DNA from: a bacterium
GTDB taxonomy: Bacteria > Actinomycetota > Acidimicrobiia > Acidimicrobiales > CATQHL01
NCBI GenBank assembly: GCA_026708055.1
Contig: JAPOVS010000018.1
Span: 17,799 to 81,798, forward strand
DNA: 64,000 bases
Reading direction: 5' to 3'
Shown: piece by piece, positions 46,921-55,875 of the stretch
Layout of the letters: every line of letters begins with the position of its first letter
Position numbering within the stretch: position 1 is the stretch's first letter
Position numbers and translations under genes: made by a program
Notes under the pieces: model-generated
Told to the model about the DNA's origin: nothing
Database searches by the model: none
Seen by the model: the letters and a program-made list of their open reading frames with translations, nothing else

Positions 46921-46972
46921 GCCAACCTCACTGCGCCGACGGTTTTTCCGTGTCCCACGGTAGACACCCATC

Positions 46973-47788
46973 GTGACAGACACCGACTCCCCCGCCGCCA
47001 TGATCGACCTGACCGGGCGGGTGATGCTGGTCACCGGCGCCGGCGGCGGCGGAGGCGAGAGTGTCGGCAGGATCGTCGGCAGCGGCATCGGTAGCGGGAT
47101 CGTGCGCCGGTTCGCAGCGACCGGCGCCACCGTCGTGGCGCACACCCGCAACTCCCCCACCGATCACCTCCGCTATCCCGACGGCACACCGGTCGCCACC
47201 GTGCGCGCCGATCTGACGACACCCGACGGCCCACCCAGCGTGATCGAGGAGACGCTGGGACTGCACGGGCGCCTCGACGGTCTCGTGAACAACGCCGGCG
47301 CCCAGCCGATCGCCCGCTTCGACACCCTCACCGACCAGCAGTTCACCGACATGATGGATATCAACGTCACCGCCACGCACCGGCTGACGCAGCTGGCGGC
47401 GGCAGCGATGCGCCGGAACTCGGACCCCGGCAGCGGCTCGATCGTCCACATCGCCTCCATCGAGGCCCGCCACCCGACCGTCATGCACGGCCACTACGCA
47501 ACCTCGAAGGCCGCCCTGGTGATGCACGCCCGGGCGGCGGCGCTGATGTACGGCCCCGACGGCATCCGCGTCAACACGGTGTCGCCGGGACTCATCGACC
47601 GGCCGGGCCTGGTGGACGACTGGCCCGAGGGGGTCCACCGCTACCTCGCGGCCGCTCCGCTGGAACGCCTCGGCACCCCGGAGGACGTGGGCGACGCCTG
47701 CGTGTTCCTCTGCTCGGACCTGTCCCGCTGGATCACCGGCACCGACCTGCTGGTCGACGGCGGCGTCCTCACGAACACCACCTGGTGA
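46973..47788 (+). CDS. SDR-family oxidoreductase with an insertion in the Gly-rich cofactor loop
   Basis: Active site YATSKAAL, then NTVSPG. The N-terminal loop reads VTGAGGGGGESVGRIVGSGIGSGIVRRF. Confidence 0.7.
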   Translation: MTDTDSPAAMIDLTGRVMLVTGAGGGGGESVGRIVGSGIGSGIVRRFAATGATVVAHTRNSPTDHLRYPDGTPVATVRADLTTPDGPPSVIEETLGLHGRLDGLVNNAGAQPIARFDTLTDQQFTDMMDINVTATHRLTQLAAAAMRRNSDPGSGSIVHIASIEARHPTVMHGHYATSKAALVMHARAAALMYGPDGIRVNTVSPGLIDRPGLVDDWPEGVHRYLAAAPLERLGTPEDVGDACVFLCSDLSRWITGTDLLVDGGVLTNTTW

Positions 47789-47869
47789 GTCGATGGGTCC
47801 CTGCAAGCAGCGCCCGATCCCAGCCACGCGGGTCGACTCCACCGCGCCCCCGACTGCGGTCTCGGCGCC

Positions 47870-48643
47870 ATGAGCCTCGCTGATCGCGTCTACATCGTGA
47901 CCGGCGCTGCGGGGGGAATCGGCGCCGGGATCGCCGAGGCGCTCGTCGAGGCCGGCGGATCGGTTGCGCTCGCCGACCTCGACCTCGAAGCAACCCACAT
48001 GACCGCCCGCCGCATCGACCCCGACGGCCGGTGCACACTGGCGGTTTGCTGCGATGTGGGCTCCGACAGCAGCGTCCAGGAGACCATTGCGGCCACCGTG
48101 GATCACTTCGGTCGCCTCGACGGCGTGGTCAACAACGCCGGGGTGATCGAGATGAACGAGGCTCGCCACGCCACAAGCGCGGCCTGGGCTCGCGAACTCG
48201 ACATCAACGTGACGGGTGTCTTCCGGGTTTGCCGGGCCGCCCTGGAGCATCTGACCGCGTCCGATCAGGCTGCAATCGTCAACGTGGCATCCAACTGCGG
48301 CAAGGTCGGCTTCCCGAACATGGCCGGCTACAACGCCTCCAAGGCAGCCGTCATCAACCTGACGCGGTCGCTGGCAACCGAGTGGGCACCCTTCGACATC
48401 AACGTGAACGCCGTCTGCCCTGGCGCGGTCGACACCCCGATGCTGGCCGGCGTGGCCGACTGGCTGGCCGAACACCAGGGCGGCGACCCCGAGGACATCC
48501 TGGCCGGCATGGCCCTTCCCCAGATCGGCCGCAAGGTCGCGCCGATCGAGGTCGGACGAGTCGTCGCCTTCCTGCTCTCGACTGACGCCACCATCATCCG
48601 CGGCCAGGCCATCAACATCGACGCCGGCGAAACTCCCTACTAG
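47870..48643 (+). CDS. SDR-family oxidoreductase
   Basis: Motifs TGAAGGIG, NNAG, YNASKAAV and PGAVDTPM. Confidence 0.85.
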   Translation: MSLADRVYIVTGAAGGIGAGIAEALVEAGGSVALADLDLEATHMTARRIDPDGRCTLAVCCDVGSDSSVQETIAATVDHFGRLDGVVNNAGVIEMNEARHATSAAWARELDINVTGVFRVCRAALEHLTASDQAAIVNVASNCGKVGFPNMAGYNASKAAVINLTRSLATEWAPFDINVNAVCPGAVDTPMLAGVADWLAEHQGGDPEDILAGMALPQIGRKVAPIEVGRVVAFLLSTDATIIRGQAINIDAGETPY

Positions 48644-48659
48644 CCGGCGCGACTCGAAC

Positions 48660-49025
48660 ATGGCCACCTTTGAGGACGTGCACCGGTTGGGCATGCGGTT
48701 GCCGGAGGTGACCGAGGGGACGTTCTACGGCACCGCGGCGCTGAAGGTGCGGGGCAAAGGGTTCTGCCGGATGTGGAGCGAGCGGGAGTACAACCGCGAC
48801 GACGTTCACGACTCCGAGGTCCTCGTGGTGTTCTGCGAACCCGAGGCCAAGGAGTCCCTGCTGGAGAGCTTCCCGAACGTGCTGTTCTCCACGCCGCACT
48901 ACGAGGGCTACGGCGCGATGCTCATCCGGCTCGGCGAGGTCGACCTCGAGGACTTGGCCGAGTGGCTGGAGGACAGCTACCGCCGTCGCGCCCCGGACGC
49001 CCTGCTCCGCCGGCTCGACCGCTGA
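48660..49025 (+). CDS. MmcQ/YjbR-family protein
   Basis: 121-aa product with the pattern LPEVTEGTFYGTAALKVRGKGFCRMW. Confidence 0.5.
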   Translation: MATFEDVHRLGMRLPEVTEGTFYGTAALKVRGKGFCRMWSEREYNRDDVHDSEVLVVFCEPEAKESLLESFPNVLFSTPHYEGYGAMLIRLGEVDLEDLAEWLEDSYRRRAPDALLRRLDR

Positions 49026-50314
49026 CCGTTTCGACCCCGCTGCCCACCGGGAGCGCCCTGGCCGTTTCGAGCCGCGTGAGCGCTCGGCTCCCGGCCGTTG
49101 CGAGCCGACTCGCTATTCCGGCCCCCGTGTCCGTTCGACTCCCGGCCGTTGTAGACCGGCGAGTCGGCAGCACGTGCAGAGGCCGCGCCAGGCGCAGTCG
49201 GCAAATCGCCCGCATCCGGCAACGTGATGGGCTCCGCCAGGCCGAGCCGGCGCTGCATCCGCCTCGAGTCGCCCATCTGCTCCGGCTGGAGCAGGGACAC
49301 CACGAGACCGCCCCGGCCGGCGCGGGCCGTGCGACCCGAGCGGTGCAGGTACGTCTTGTGGTCCTCCGGCGGGTCGAAATGGACGACCGACGCCACATCC
49401 TCCACGTGGATTCCCCGAGCGGCCACGTCGGTGGCGACGAGCGCCTGCACATGGCCGTCGGTGAACTGCCGGAGCGAGCGCGTCCGCCGTTGCTGCGGGT
49501 GGCCGCCGTGTATCGCCGCGGCGCGGATGCCGCGCTGGGAGAGTTGGCGGGTCAAACGGTCCGAACCGTGCCGGGTCCGGCAGAACACGATCGTCTGCCC
49601 CACCGCGTTGATCACCTGCGCGCAGGCAGCGACTCGCTCAGCCTTGTTGACCTGCCAGAACCGATGATCGGCGGCGATCACGTCGGGCGTCTCAGCGCCG
49701 ACGGCGTGCGTGACCGGCTCGTACTGGTAGTCGCGGGTGAGCGTCTTCACGTCACCGTCGAGAGTCGCGGAGAACAGGAAGGTCTGGCGGTCCCTGGCCG
49801 TCTGGTCCAGGAGACGCCGCACGGCGGGGAGGAATCCCATGTCGGACAGGCGGTCCGCCTCGTCGATGACCGCGAGGTCCACGTCGTGCAGGCTCACGGC
49901 GCCCTGGTCGATGAGGTCCTCGAGGCGGCCGGGGCAGGCCACGAGGATCTCGACGCCGTCGCGCAGGCGCTTCAGCTGCGGGCCGTAGCCGACCCCTCCG
50001 TAGACCACGCCGACCCGGACGTCACCGGCGAAGGTGCGCAGGTCGGTCGCGATCTGCTCGGCCAGCTCGCGGGTGGGTGACAGGACGAGTGCCGTCGGTC
50101 GCTTGGAGCGGGCACGGCCCGCATTGACGACGAGGGGGATACCGAAGGCAATGGTCTTGCCCGATCCGGTGGGTGCCCGACCGCAGACGTCGCGGCCGGC
50201 GAGAGCGTCGGCCATGGTGGCCGCCTGGATCTCGAATGGTACGTGAATGCCGCCGCGCTGCAGGGCGCGGCAGATCGATTCGGGTACGCCCAACTGGGCG
50301 AAAGAGGTGGACAT
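48977..50314 (-). CDS. DEAD-box ATP-dependent RNA helicase with Arg/Gly/Asn-rich C-terminal tail
   Basis: ATG at 50314. Q-motif FEIQ, then APTGSGKT, DEAD, SAT and HRSGRTARAG. Confidence 0.9.
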   Translation of the reverse strand: MSTSFAQLGVPESICRALQRGGIHVPFEIQAATMADALAGRDVCGRAPTGSGKTIAFGIPLVVNAGRARSKRPTALVLSPTRELAEQIATDLRTFAGDVRVGVVYGGVGYGPQLKRLRDGVEILVACPGRLEDLIDQGAVSLHDVDLAVIDEADRLSDMGFLPAVRRLLDQTARDRQTFLFSATLDGDVKTLTRDYQYEPVTHAVGAETPDVIAADHRFWQVNKAERVAACAQVINAVGQTIVFCRTRHGSDRLTRQLSQRGIRAAAIHGGHPQQRRTRSLRQFTDGHVQALVATDVAARGIHVEDVASVVHFDPPEDHKTYLHRSGRTARAGRGGLVVSLLQPEQMGDSRRMQRRLGLAEPITLPDAGDLPTAPGAASARAADSPVYNGRESNGHGGRNSESARNGREPSAHAARNGQGAPGGQRGRNGQRSSRRSRASGARRR

Positions 50315-50537
50315 GATGCTCCTTGCCCGCGCCACGCGGGCCGTCAGGTTGCCGCGAGTGCCTGAACTCGTTGATGTGGCGGCACCGCGGTTGGGTGGCT
50401 CACACAGAATCAATCATGGAAAGCGAACTGTGCGCCCAACGACCGGATACTCCGGCCGGTCACTACAGGATACCCGCTCCAGCGCCAAGTCCTCCGGACC
50501 CCCGGCGAACCCCCGCGCCGGCCGCCCTCGCTCGCCG

Positions 50538-51221
50538 CTAGTACGGCAGGCCGACAGCTCTCGTGAGGAACTCCATGTAGGGCCCTGACGTGCGGCAGGC
50601 GTCGGCGAAGACGTCAATGAAGCCGGGGGCGGTGGCCTCGTCCTCGTCGAACATGCACATGGCCACGTGGTCCTTGCGCCTGAGATCCTCGATGAGCGGG
50701 TGCTCGGGGTCGAACCCTTTCGGTGGCCGCTTCAGCGATTCCCCTTCCAGGTCGAACTCCTCGACGAACCCGGGATCCCCTGTAGCAGCCTCCCAAGCGG
50801 CGGGATCGTCGACGATGCACTCGCGGATCCTCCCCAGGGCCGCTGAGTCGGGCCGCCACAGGCCGACCCCGGCGAAGACCAGGCCGGGCTCCAGATGCAG
50901 GTAGAACCCGGGCGCATGCACCGACTTGCCGACCTCGTGACGGAAGTGCGCCGCCGCCTGGGTCTTGTAGGGGGACTTGTCCTTGGAGAACCGCACGTCC
51001 CGGTAGATCCGGAACATGGAGCCGCCGTTGGCCCGCGCATCGGCCACGAAGTGCTCGCTGATGGAGTGCAGGTACGGCTCGAAGTCCTCGATGAACGCCA
51101 GCAGCGGCTCCTTCACGTGCCGCTCGTAGCGAGCCTTGTTCTCACCGAACCAGTCACGATCGTTGTTGGCCCGCAGCTCCAGCAGGAACTCGAACAGCTC
51201 GGGTGTGAAATGGGACTGCAC
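50538..51221 (-). CDS. DUF2461 (TIGR02453)-family protein
   Basis: Motifs FLLELRANNDRDWF and RIYRDVRFSKDKSPYK. Confidence 0.7.
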   Translation of the reverse strand: MQSHFTPELFEFLLELRANNDRDWFGENKARYERHVKEPLLAFIEDFEPYLHSISEHFVADARANGGSMFRIYRDVRFSKDKSPYKTQAAAHFRHEVGKSVHAPGFYLHLEPGLVFAGVGLWRPDSAALGRIRECIVDDPAAWEAATGDPGFVEEFDLEGESLKRPPKGFDPEHPLIEDLRRKDHVAMCMFDEDEATAPGFIDVFADACRTSGPYMEFLTRAVGLPY

Positions 51222-51231
51222 GGCCGCGGTT

Positions 51232-52119
51232 CTACCGCATGAACGCCCGCAGCAGCGGCAGGATCCGCTCGGGCGCCTCCTCGGCGAGGAAGTGACCGCA
51301 GTCTGGAAACTCGTGCACCGCGCTGTCAGTCAGTTCCGAACACCAACGGTCGCGTTCCTTCGCCCGGAAGGCGATGTCTTTCGATCCCCAGAGAACCAGC
51401 GCCGGTTTGTGCGCGAAGGACGATCGCTCGTCCCAGATCTCCCGGAGCCAATCGGTGGCGCCGACGATGAATCCTGGCAGCGCCGCGTTGGCGGCCCGCT
51501 CGGCCGGCGAGGGCTGCGCCCGGCGGTAGTGCTCCATCACGTCCGCGGTGAGCGCGTCCCTGTTCCCGACCGCCTTGGGCATGACGCCGTTGACGAAGAA
51601 GTTGCGCCGCTTGATCAGGTACTGCCCCACCGGGCTCGCCATCATCCGGCTGAAGAACCAGAAGTGCGGGTCGCGATTCACCGGCCAGCACCAGGTGTTG
51701 GCGATGATCAGTCGCTTGACGCGATCCGGATGCCGTCGGGCGAAGTCGAGACCGATAGGTCCGCCCCAGTCCGTCAGGAAAAGCGTCACGTCATGCACGT
51801 CCAGATCGTCCAGCAGGGCAGCGAACGCCTCCGCGTGAGCCTGAGGGCGATGATCCTCCTTGCGGCTGCTGCGAGAGGACAGCCCGAAGCCGATGTGATC
51901 CGGAGCCACACAGCGGCACTCCGACTGCAATCCCCCGATCAGGTGCCGGTACTCGAACGACCAAGCCGGGTTGCCGTGCACGAAGACGATCGGCTCCCCC
52001 GAACCCTCGTCGACGTAGTGCATCGTGTGTTCACGTGGAGTCGTGAAGAACCGGCTCTCGAAAGGAAAAAAGTCGTCCGAAACCCAAGCCGGCCGCACAC
52101 CGGCAGGAGAACTACCCAC
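51232..52119 (-). CDS. alpha/beta hydrolase, haloalkane dehalogenase-like
   Basis: Motif HGNPAWSFEYRH and the nucleophile-elbow motif DWGGPIG. Confidence 0.6.
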   Translation of the reverse strand: MGSSPAGVRPAWVSDDFFPFESRFFTTPREHTMHYVDEGSGEPIVFVHGNPAWSFEYRHLIGGLQSECRCVAPDHIGFGLSSRSSRKEDHRPQAHAEAFAALLDDLDVHDVTLFLTDWGGPIGLDFARRHPDRVKRLIIANTWCWPVNRDPHFWFFSRMMASPVGQYLIKRRNFFVNGVMPKAVGNRDALTADVMEHYRRAQPSPAERAANAALPGFIVGATDWLREIWDERSSFAHKPALVLWGSKDIAFRAKERDRWCSELTDSAVHEFPDCGHFLAEEAPERILPLLRAFMR

Positions 52120-52203
52120 GAAGCGACCCTATCGCTGCCGCTACCAGAACGCGGCGACCGAAATGGAGCATCATGAACATCCCCGGCACATCCGCTCGGT
52201 TGA

Positions 52204-52584
52204 TCAGATCTCGTGCACCTGCAACTCGACGCCGAGCGCGTGCCGGAGTCGGGACAGGTCAGAAGCGTCGCTCGTGACCGCGAGGTCGTCACGGGCCGCC
52301 GCGCCGACTACCACGGCAGCATCGACGATGTCCGATGTTCCCGCCAGGCTGCACGCCGCGCCCGCGGAGCGGGCCCTCGGCTCATCGAGATCCTCGATTC
52401 GGCAGCCCGCCAGGAACCGGGACATCTGCGGCTGCGGACCACCCCGCCACCCCTGCGCGAGCACTCCGGCGGGGACCGACGGGACGATCCCGCGCTCCAG
52501 TGCCCGGCGGTGCAACCTCCATAGGCGGTCATCGCTGCGCTCGGCGGCGATCAGCGCCCCCGTGTCGTACGTGATGCCCGCCAC
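52204..52584 (-). CDS. PIN-domain toxin (VapC-like)
   Basis: 126-aa product with the acidic residue pattern YDTGALIA...DAAVV. It lies 3 nt downstream of a small RHH gene. Confidence 0.6.
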   Translation of the reverse strand: MAGITYDTGALIAAERSDDRLWRLHRRALERGIVPSVPAGVLAQGWRGGPQPQMSRFLAGCRIEDLDEPRARSAGAACSLAGTSDIVDAAVVVGAAARDDLAVTSDASDLSRLRHALGVELQVHEI

Positions 52585-52587
52585 CGG

Positions 52588-52833
52588 TCAGCCGGCAACC
52601 TGAGAAGCCGAGCCGTCCAGGATGTCGTCGGCCCAGGCCAACTCCTCCGACGCGAGTTCGCCGTGTTCGGCCTCCCACGCCCGCACCTCAGCGAGGCCGG
52701 CCTCGACGACCAGGGCGCGCTCCGCCGCGGCGTTGAGCCACTTTGACAGGCTCACACCGCGGCGCGCCGCCACGTCGGCGACCGCCTGCGCAACCTCCTC
52801 GTCCAACGCCACAGAGAGCTTCCGCACAGCCAT
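52588..52833 (-). CDS. ribbon-helix-helix antitoxin
   Basis: ATG at 52833 (MAVRKLSVALDEEVAQAV...). Paired with the PIN gene. Confidence 0.6.
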   Translation of the reverse strand: MAVRKLSVALDEEVAQAVADVAARRGVSLSKWLNAAAERALVVEAGLAEVRAWEAEHGELASEELAWADDILDGSASQVAG

Positions 52834-52855
52834 GCACCTGATCGTAGTATCTGGG

Positions 52856-52869
52856 TGCAACCGATTGCA
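52856..52869. promoter_or_regulatory. inverted repeat TGCAA-CCGA-TTGCA, 23 nt upstream of the RHH antitoxin start; candidate autoregulatory operator
   Basis: Read directly from the sequence. It sits in an AT-richer patch. Confidence 0.25.
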
Positions 52870-53115
52870 ACGAAAAGGGGTGAAACTTCCTCACCTCCGA
52901 CCTCGGCGCCCGGGGACTGCCCGAACCCCGATTCGCCTTCGGCGGGCAGCATGAGGCTCAACGATTTCACCGCACACAGGCGGACGCCGGGCCTCAGGGG
53001 AATGATCGTCATCCACCACATTCGCAGCCGGAATCCACGGTCCTGCAGCTCGATTCGCACTCGCGGACGGATTGTCCGGCAAACTCCCTGGCATCGACGA
53101 CTGCTGGAGGAGACC

Positions 53116-53592
53116 ATGCAGGGCAAGTGCTACGAGGAACTCGAGGTGGGGATGGTGATCCGCCATGCCCTTACCCGGACGGTGACCGAGACGGACAACG
53201 TCCTGTTCACGTCCCTGACGATGAACATGCAGCCGCTGCACCTCGACGAGGAGTTCGCCAAGACCACGGTGCACGGGCGGCGGGTCGTGAACAGCCTGTT
53301 CACCCTGGCCCTCGTCGCCGGCATGACCGTCCCCGAGACCACGTTGGGGACCACGATCGGGAACCTGGGCTACGACAAGATCGAGTTCCCCGCCCCGGTG
53401 TTCCACGGCGACACCCTGCGGGCCGAGACCACGATCGTCGACAAGCGGCTGTCGAAGAGCCGCGACGACGCCGGCATCGTCTGGTTCGAGCAGCTCGGCT
53501 ACAACCAGCGAGACGAGGTGGTCGTGCGGGTGAAACGCGTCGGGATGATGATGCTGAAGCCGGCGTCGCCGGAACCCGCCCAGGAAACCTGA
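53116..53592 (+). CDS. MaoC-family (R-specific enoyl-CoA hydratase-type hot-dog) dehydratase
   Basis: ATG at 53116 with GGAGG at 53106. Motifs TETDNVLFTSLTMNMQPLHLD and FPAPVFHGDTL. Confidence 0.75.
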   Translation: MQGKCYEELEVGMVIRHALTRTVTETDNVLFTSLTMNMQPLHLDEEFAKTTVHGRRVVNSLFTLALVAGMTVPETTLGTTIGNLGYDKIEFPAPVFHGDTLRAETTIVDKRLSKSRDDAGIVWFEQLGYNQRDEVVVRVKRVGMMMLKPASPEPAQET

Positions 53593-53599
53593 GCCACGG

Positions 53600-53810
53600 T
53601 CAGCAGGTCGTCCACCTCGGACTCCTCCACGCCCCGGGCCTGCGCCCACGAGCGACGCAGCAGCGGGGTCTCGATGACCCCGGGACAGATGGCGTTGACC
53701 CGGACGTTGTGCGGCGCGTCGTCGATCGCCATCTGCCGGGTGAGGGAGATGACCCCGCCCTTCGAGGCGCTGTAGGCGGCCTGCTCCCGCTCGCCAGTTC
53801 CGGACCGTGA
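53600..53810 (-). pseudogene. internal fragment of an SDR-family gene
   Basis: Only the AAYSASKGGVISLTRQMAIDDAPHNVRVNAICPGVIETPL segment is recognisable. There is no Rossmann N-terminus, and the C-terminal part runs into the 3' end of the MaoC gene. Confidence 0.5.
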
Positions 53811-53920
53811 ACATAGCGGGAGCCGGGCAGGCCACCCCGCTCGAACCCGGGCACCACCGGGGCTCGCCCGCGGCGACCGGCGTAGCATGATCTCCGCAGG
53901 TGCGGCAAGAGGAGCACGCC

Positions 53921-54898
53921 ATGACGGTCACAGGCGACGATCTGCGAGAGATGTACCGGCGCATGTCGCGTATCCGGCAGTTCGAGACCACCACCAAGGA
54001 ACTCCTGCTCGCCGGCGAACTGTACGGCGCGTTCCATACTTCGACCGGCCAGGAGGCATCGATCGTCGGGGCGTGCATGGCGCTTCGCCCTGACGACTAC
54101 ATGGTGGGCACGCACCGCTCGCACGGACATCCCATCGGCAAGGGAGCGGCGCTGGACCGTCTCCTGGCCGAGTTGATGGGCAAGGAGACCGGGGTCAACC
54201 AGGGCAAGGGCGGGTCGATGCACCTGTCGGACTTCTCCGTGGGCAGTCTCGGCGAGACGTCGATCGTCGGTTCGGGGCTGCCCGTGGCGGCGGGAGCGGC
54301 GCTGGGTTCGAAGATGCAGGGCATCGACCGCGTGACCCTCTGCTTCTTCGGTGACGGCGCCTCGAACCAGGGGACGTTCCACGAGTCGTTGAACCTGGCG
54401 GCGATCTGGACGCTCCCGGCCATCTACGTGTGCGAGAACAACGGCTACGGCGAGTTGACCGCGGCGCACAAGACCATGGCGGTCGAGCGGGTGTCGGAGC
54501 GGGCCGCGGGCTACGGCATACCCGGTGTCACCGTGGACGGCCAAGACGTGCTCGCCGTCCACGAAGCGGTCAGCGAGGCCGTGGCGCGGGCCCGGCGCGG
54601 CGAGGGGCCCAGCCTGGTGGAGACCATGACCTACCGGTTCGACAACCACGCCATCGGCATCCGGATCGAGAACTACCGCGACCCCGCCGAGATCGAGCAC
54701 TGGCGGACGCAGCGCGACCCGCTGGTGCTGTTCCGCGACGCGCTGGGAGAACGAGGCATCGACGGCGACGAGCTGGACGTCATCGACAAGGAGGTCGAGG
54801 CAGAACTGGCCGAGTCTCTGGAATTCGCCCGCTCGAGCCCCGCCCCTCCGCCCGAGGCCGCCTTCACCCACCTGTTCACCGACCCGATCGGTAGCTGA
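53921..54898 (+). CDS. ThDP-dependent 2-oxoacid (pyruvate/acetoin-type) dehydrogenase E1 alpha subunit
   Basis: ATG at 53921 with AAGAGGAG 6 nt upstream. Motifs HRSHGHPIGKG and the ThDP motif GDGASNQGTFHESLN..ENNGYG. Confidence 0.85.
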   Translation: MTVTGDDLREMYRRMSRIRQFETTTKELLLAGELYGAFHTSTGQEASIVGACMALRPDDYMVGTHRSHGHPIGKGAALDRLLAELMGKETGVNQGKGGSMHLSDFSVGSLGETSIVGSGLPVAAGAALGSKMQGIDRVTLCFFGDGASNQGTFHESLNLAAIWTLPAIYVCENNGYGELTAAHKTMAVERVSERAAGYGIPGVTVDGQDVLAVHEAVSEAVARARRGEGPSLVETMTYRFDNHAIGIRIENYRDPAEIEHWRTQRDPLVLFRDALGERGIDGDELDVIDKEVEAELAESLEFARSSPAPPPEAAFTHLFTDPIGS

Positions 54899-54906
54899 GC
54901 GGCCCT

Positions 54907-55875
54907 GTGCGAACACTGACCTACCTCGAGGCGCTCAACGAGGCGCTGGTCGAGGAGATGGAACGCGACGAGTCGGTCTTCGTGATGGGCGAGGACGTGA
55001 CCTGGGGGCTGATGGGCTCCACCACGGGGCTGGTCGACAAGTTCGGCGACGAGCGGATCCGCGACACGCCGATCTCCGAGGCCGGCTTCGTCGGGGCGGG
55101 CGCCGGCGCGGCCATGGTGGGCATGCGCCCGGTCGTGCACATGCTGATCGCGCCGTTCGTGTACGTGGCGTTCGATCAGCTCGTCTCGATCATCGCCAAG
55201 TCGACCTATCTCTACGGCGGGCAGGCCAAGCTGCCGATCACGCTGATGGCGCCCATGCTCTACAACCGCGGCAACGCCGCTCAGCACTCCGACCGCCCCT
55301 ACCCCACTCTGATGACGATCCCCGGTCTGAAGCTCATCGCGCCGGCCACGCCTGCCGACGCCAAGGGGATGCTCAAGGCGGCGATCCGCGACGACGACCC
55401 CGTGATCAGCTTCGAGGACGGCGGCCTGTGGGGCCGGCGAGGCGAGGTGCCCGACGGCGACCACGTCGTCCCGCTGGGCGAGGCCGACGTGAAGCGCGAG
55501 GGCGACGATGTCACCGTCGTGGCCCTGGCGGGAGCGGTCGCCCACGCCCTGGCGGCGGCGGAGGAACTGGCTGGCGACGGGATCTCGGCGGAGGTGGTGG
55601 ACCTCCGGTCGATCGTGTCCCTGGATCGCCGGACGGTGCTGAACTCGGTGGCGAAAACGGGCAGGCTCGTCGTCGCCGATCCCGCCCACGAGATGGGCTC
55701 GGTGGCGTCGGAAGTGGCCGCGATCGTCGCCGAGGAGGCGTTCTGGGACCTGCAGGCGCCGATCAGCCGGGTGACGACGCCACACACACAGATCCCCTAC
55801 AGCGCCGACCTCGAGCGCCCCCTGTACCCGAGCGCCGATCGGATCGCAGCCGCCGCCCGCCAACTGATGGCATGA
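54907..55875 (+). CDS. 2-oxoacid dehydrogenase E1 beta subunit
   Basis: Motifs FVMGEDV, RIRDTPISE and the transketolase-like C-terminal domain. Confidence 0.85.
   Translation: MRTLTYLEALNEALVEEMERDESVFVMGEDVTWGLMGSTTGLVDKFGDERIRDTPISEAGFVGAGAGAAMVGMRPVVHMLIAPFVYVAFDQLVSIIAKSTYLYGGQAKLPITLMAPMLYNRGNAAQHSDRPYPTLMTIPGLKLIAPATPADAKGMLKAAIRDDDPVISFEDGGLWGRRGEVPDGDHVVPLGEADVKREGDDVTVVALAGAVAHALAAAEELAGDGISAEVVDLRSIVSLDRRTVLNSVAKTGRLVVADPAHEMGSVASEVAAIVAEEAFWDLQAPISRVTTPHTQIPYSADLERPLYPSADRIAAAARQLMA

Noticed and set aside
50315-50537. A ~220-nt untranslated leader upstream of the DEAD-box helicase, a possible cold-responsive structured 5' UTR.
   Set aside because: This is plausible by analogy with cold-shock helicases. 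However, I could not identify a cold-box or defined structure from the sequence alone, and the transcription start is unknown.
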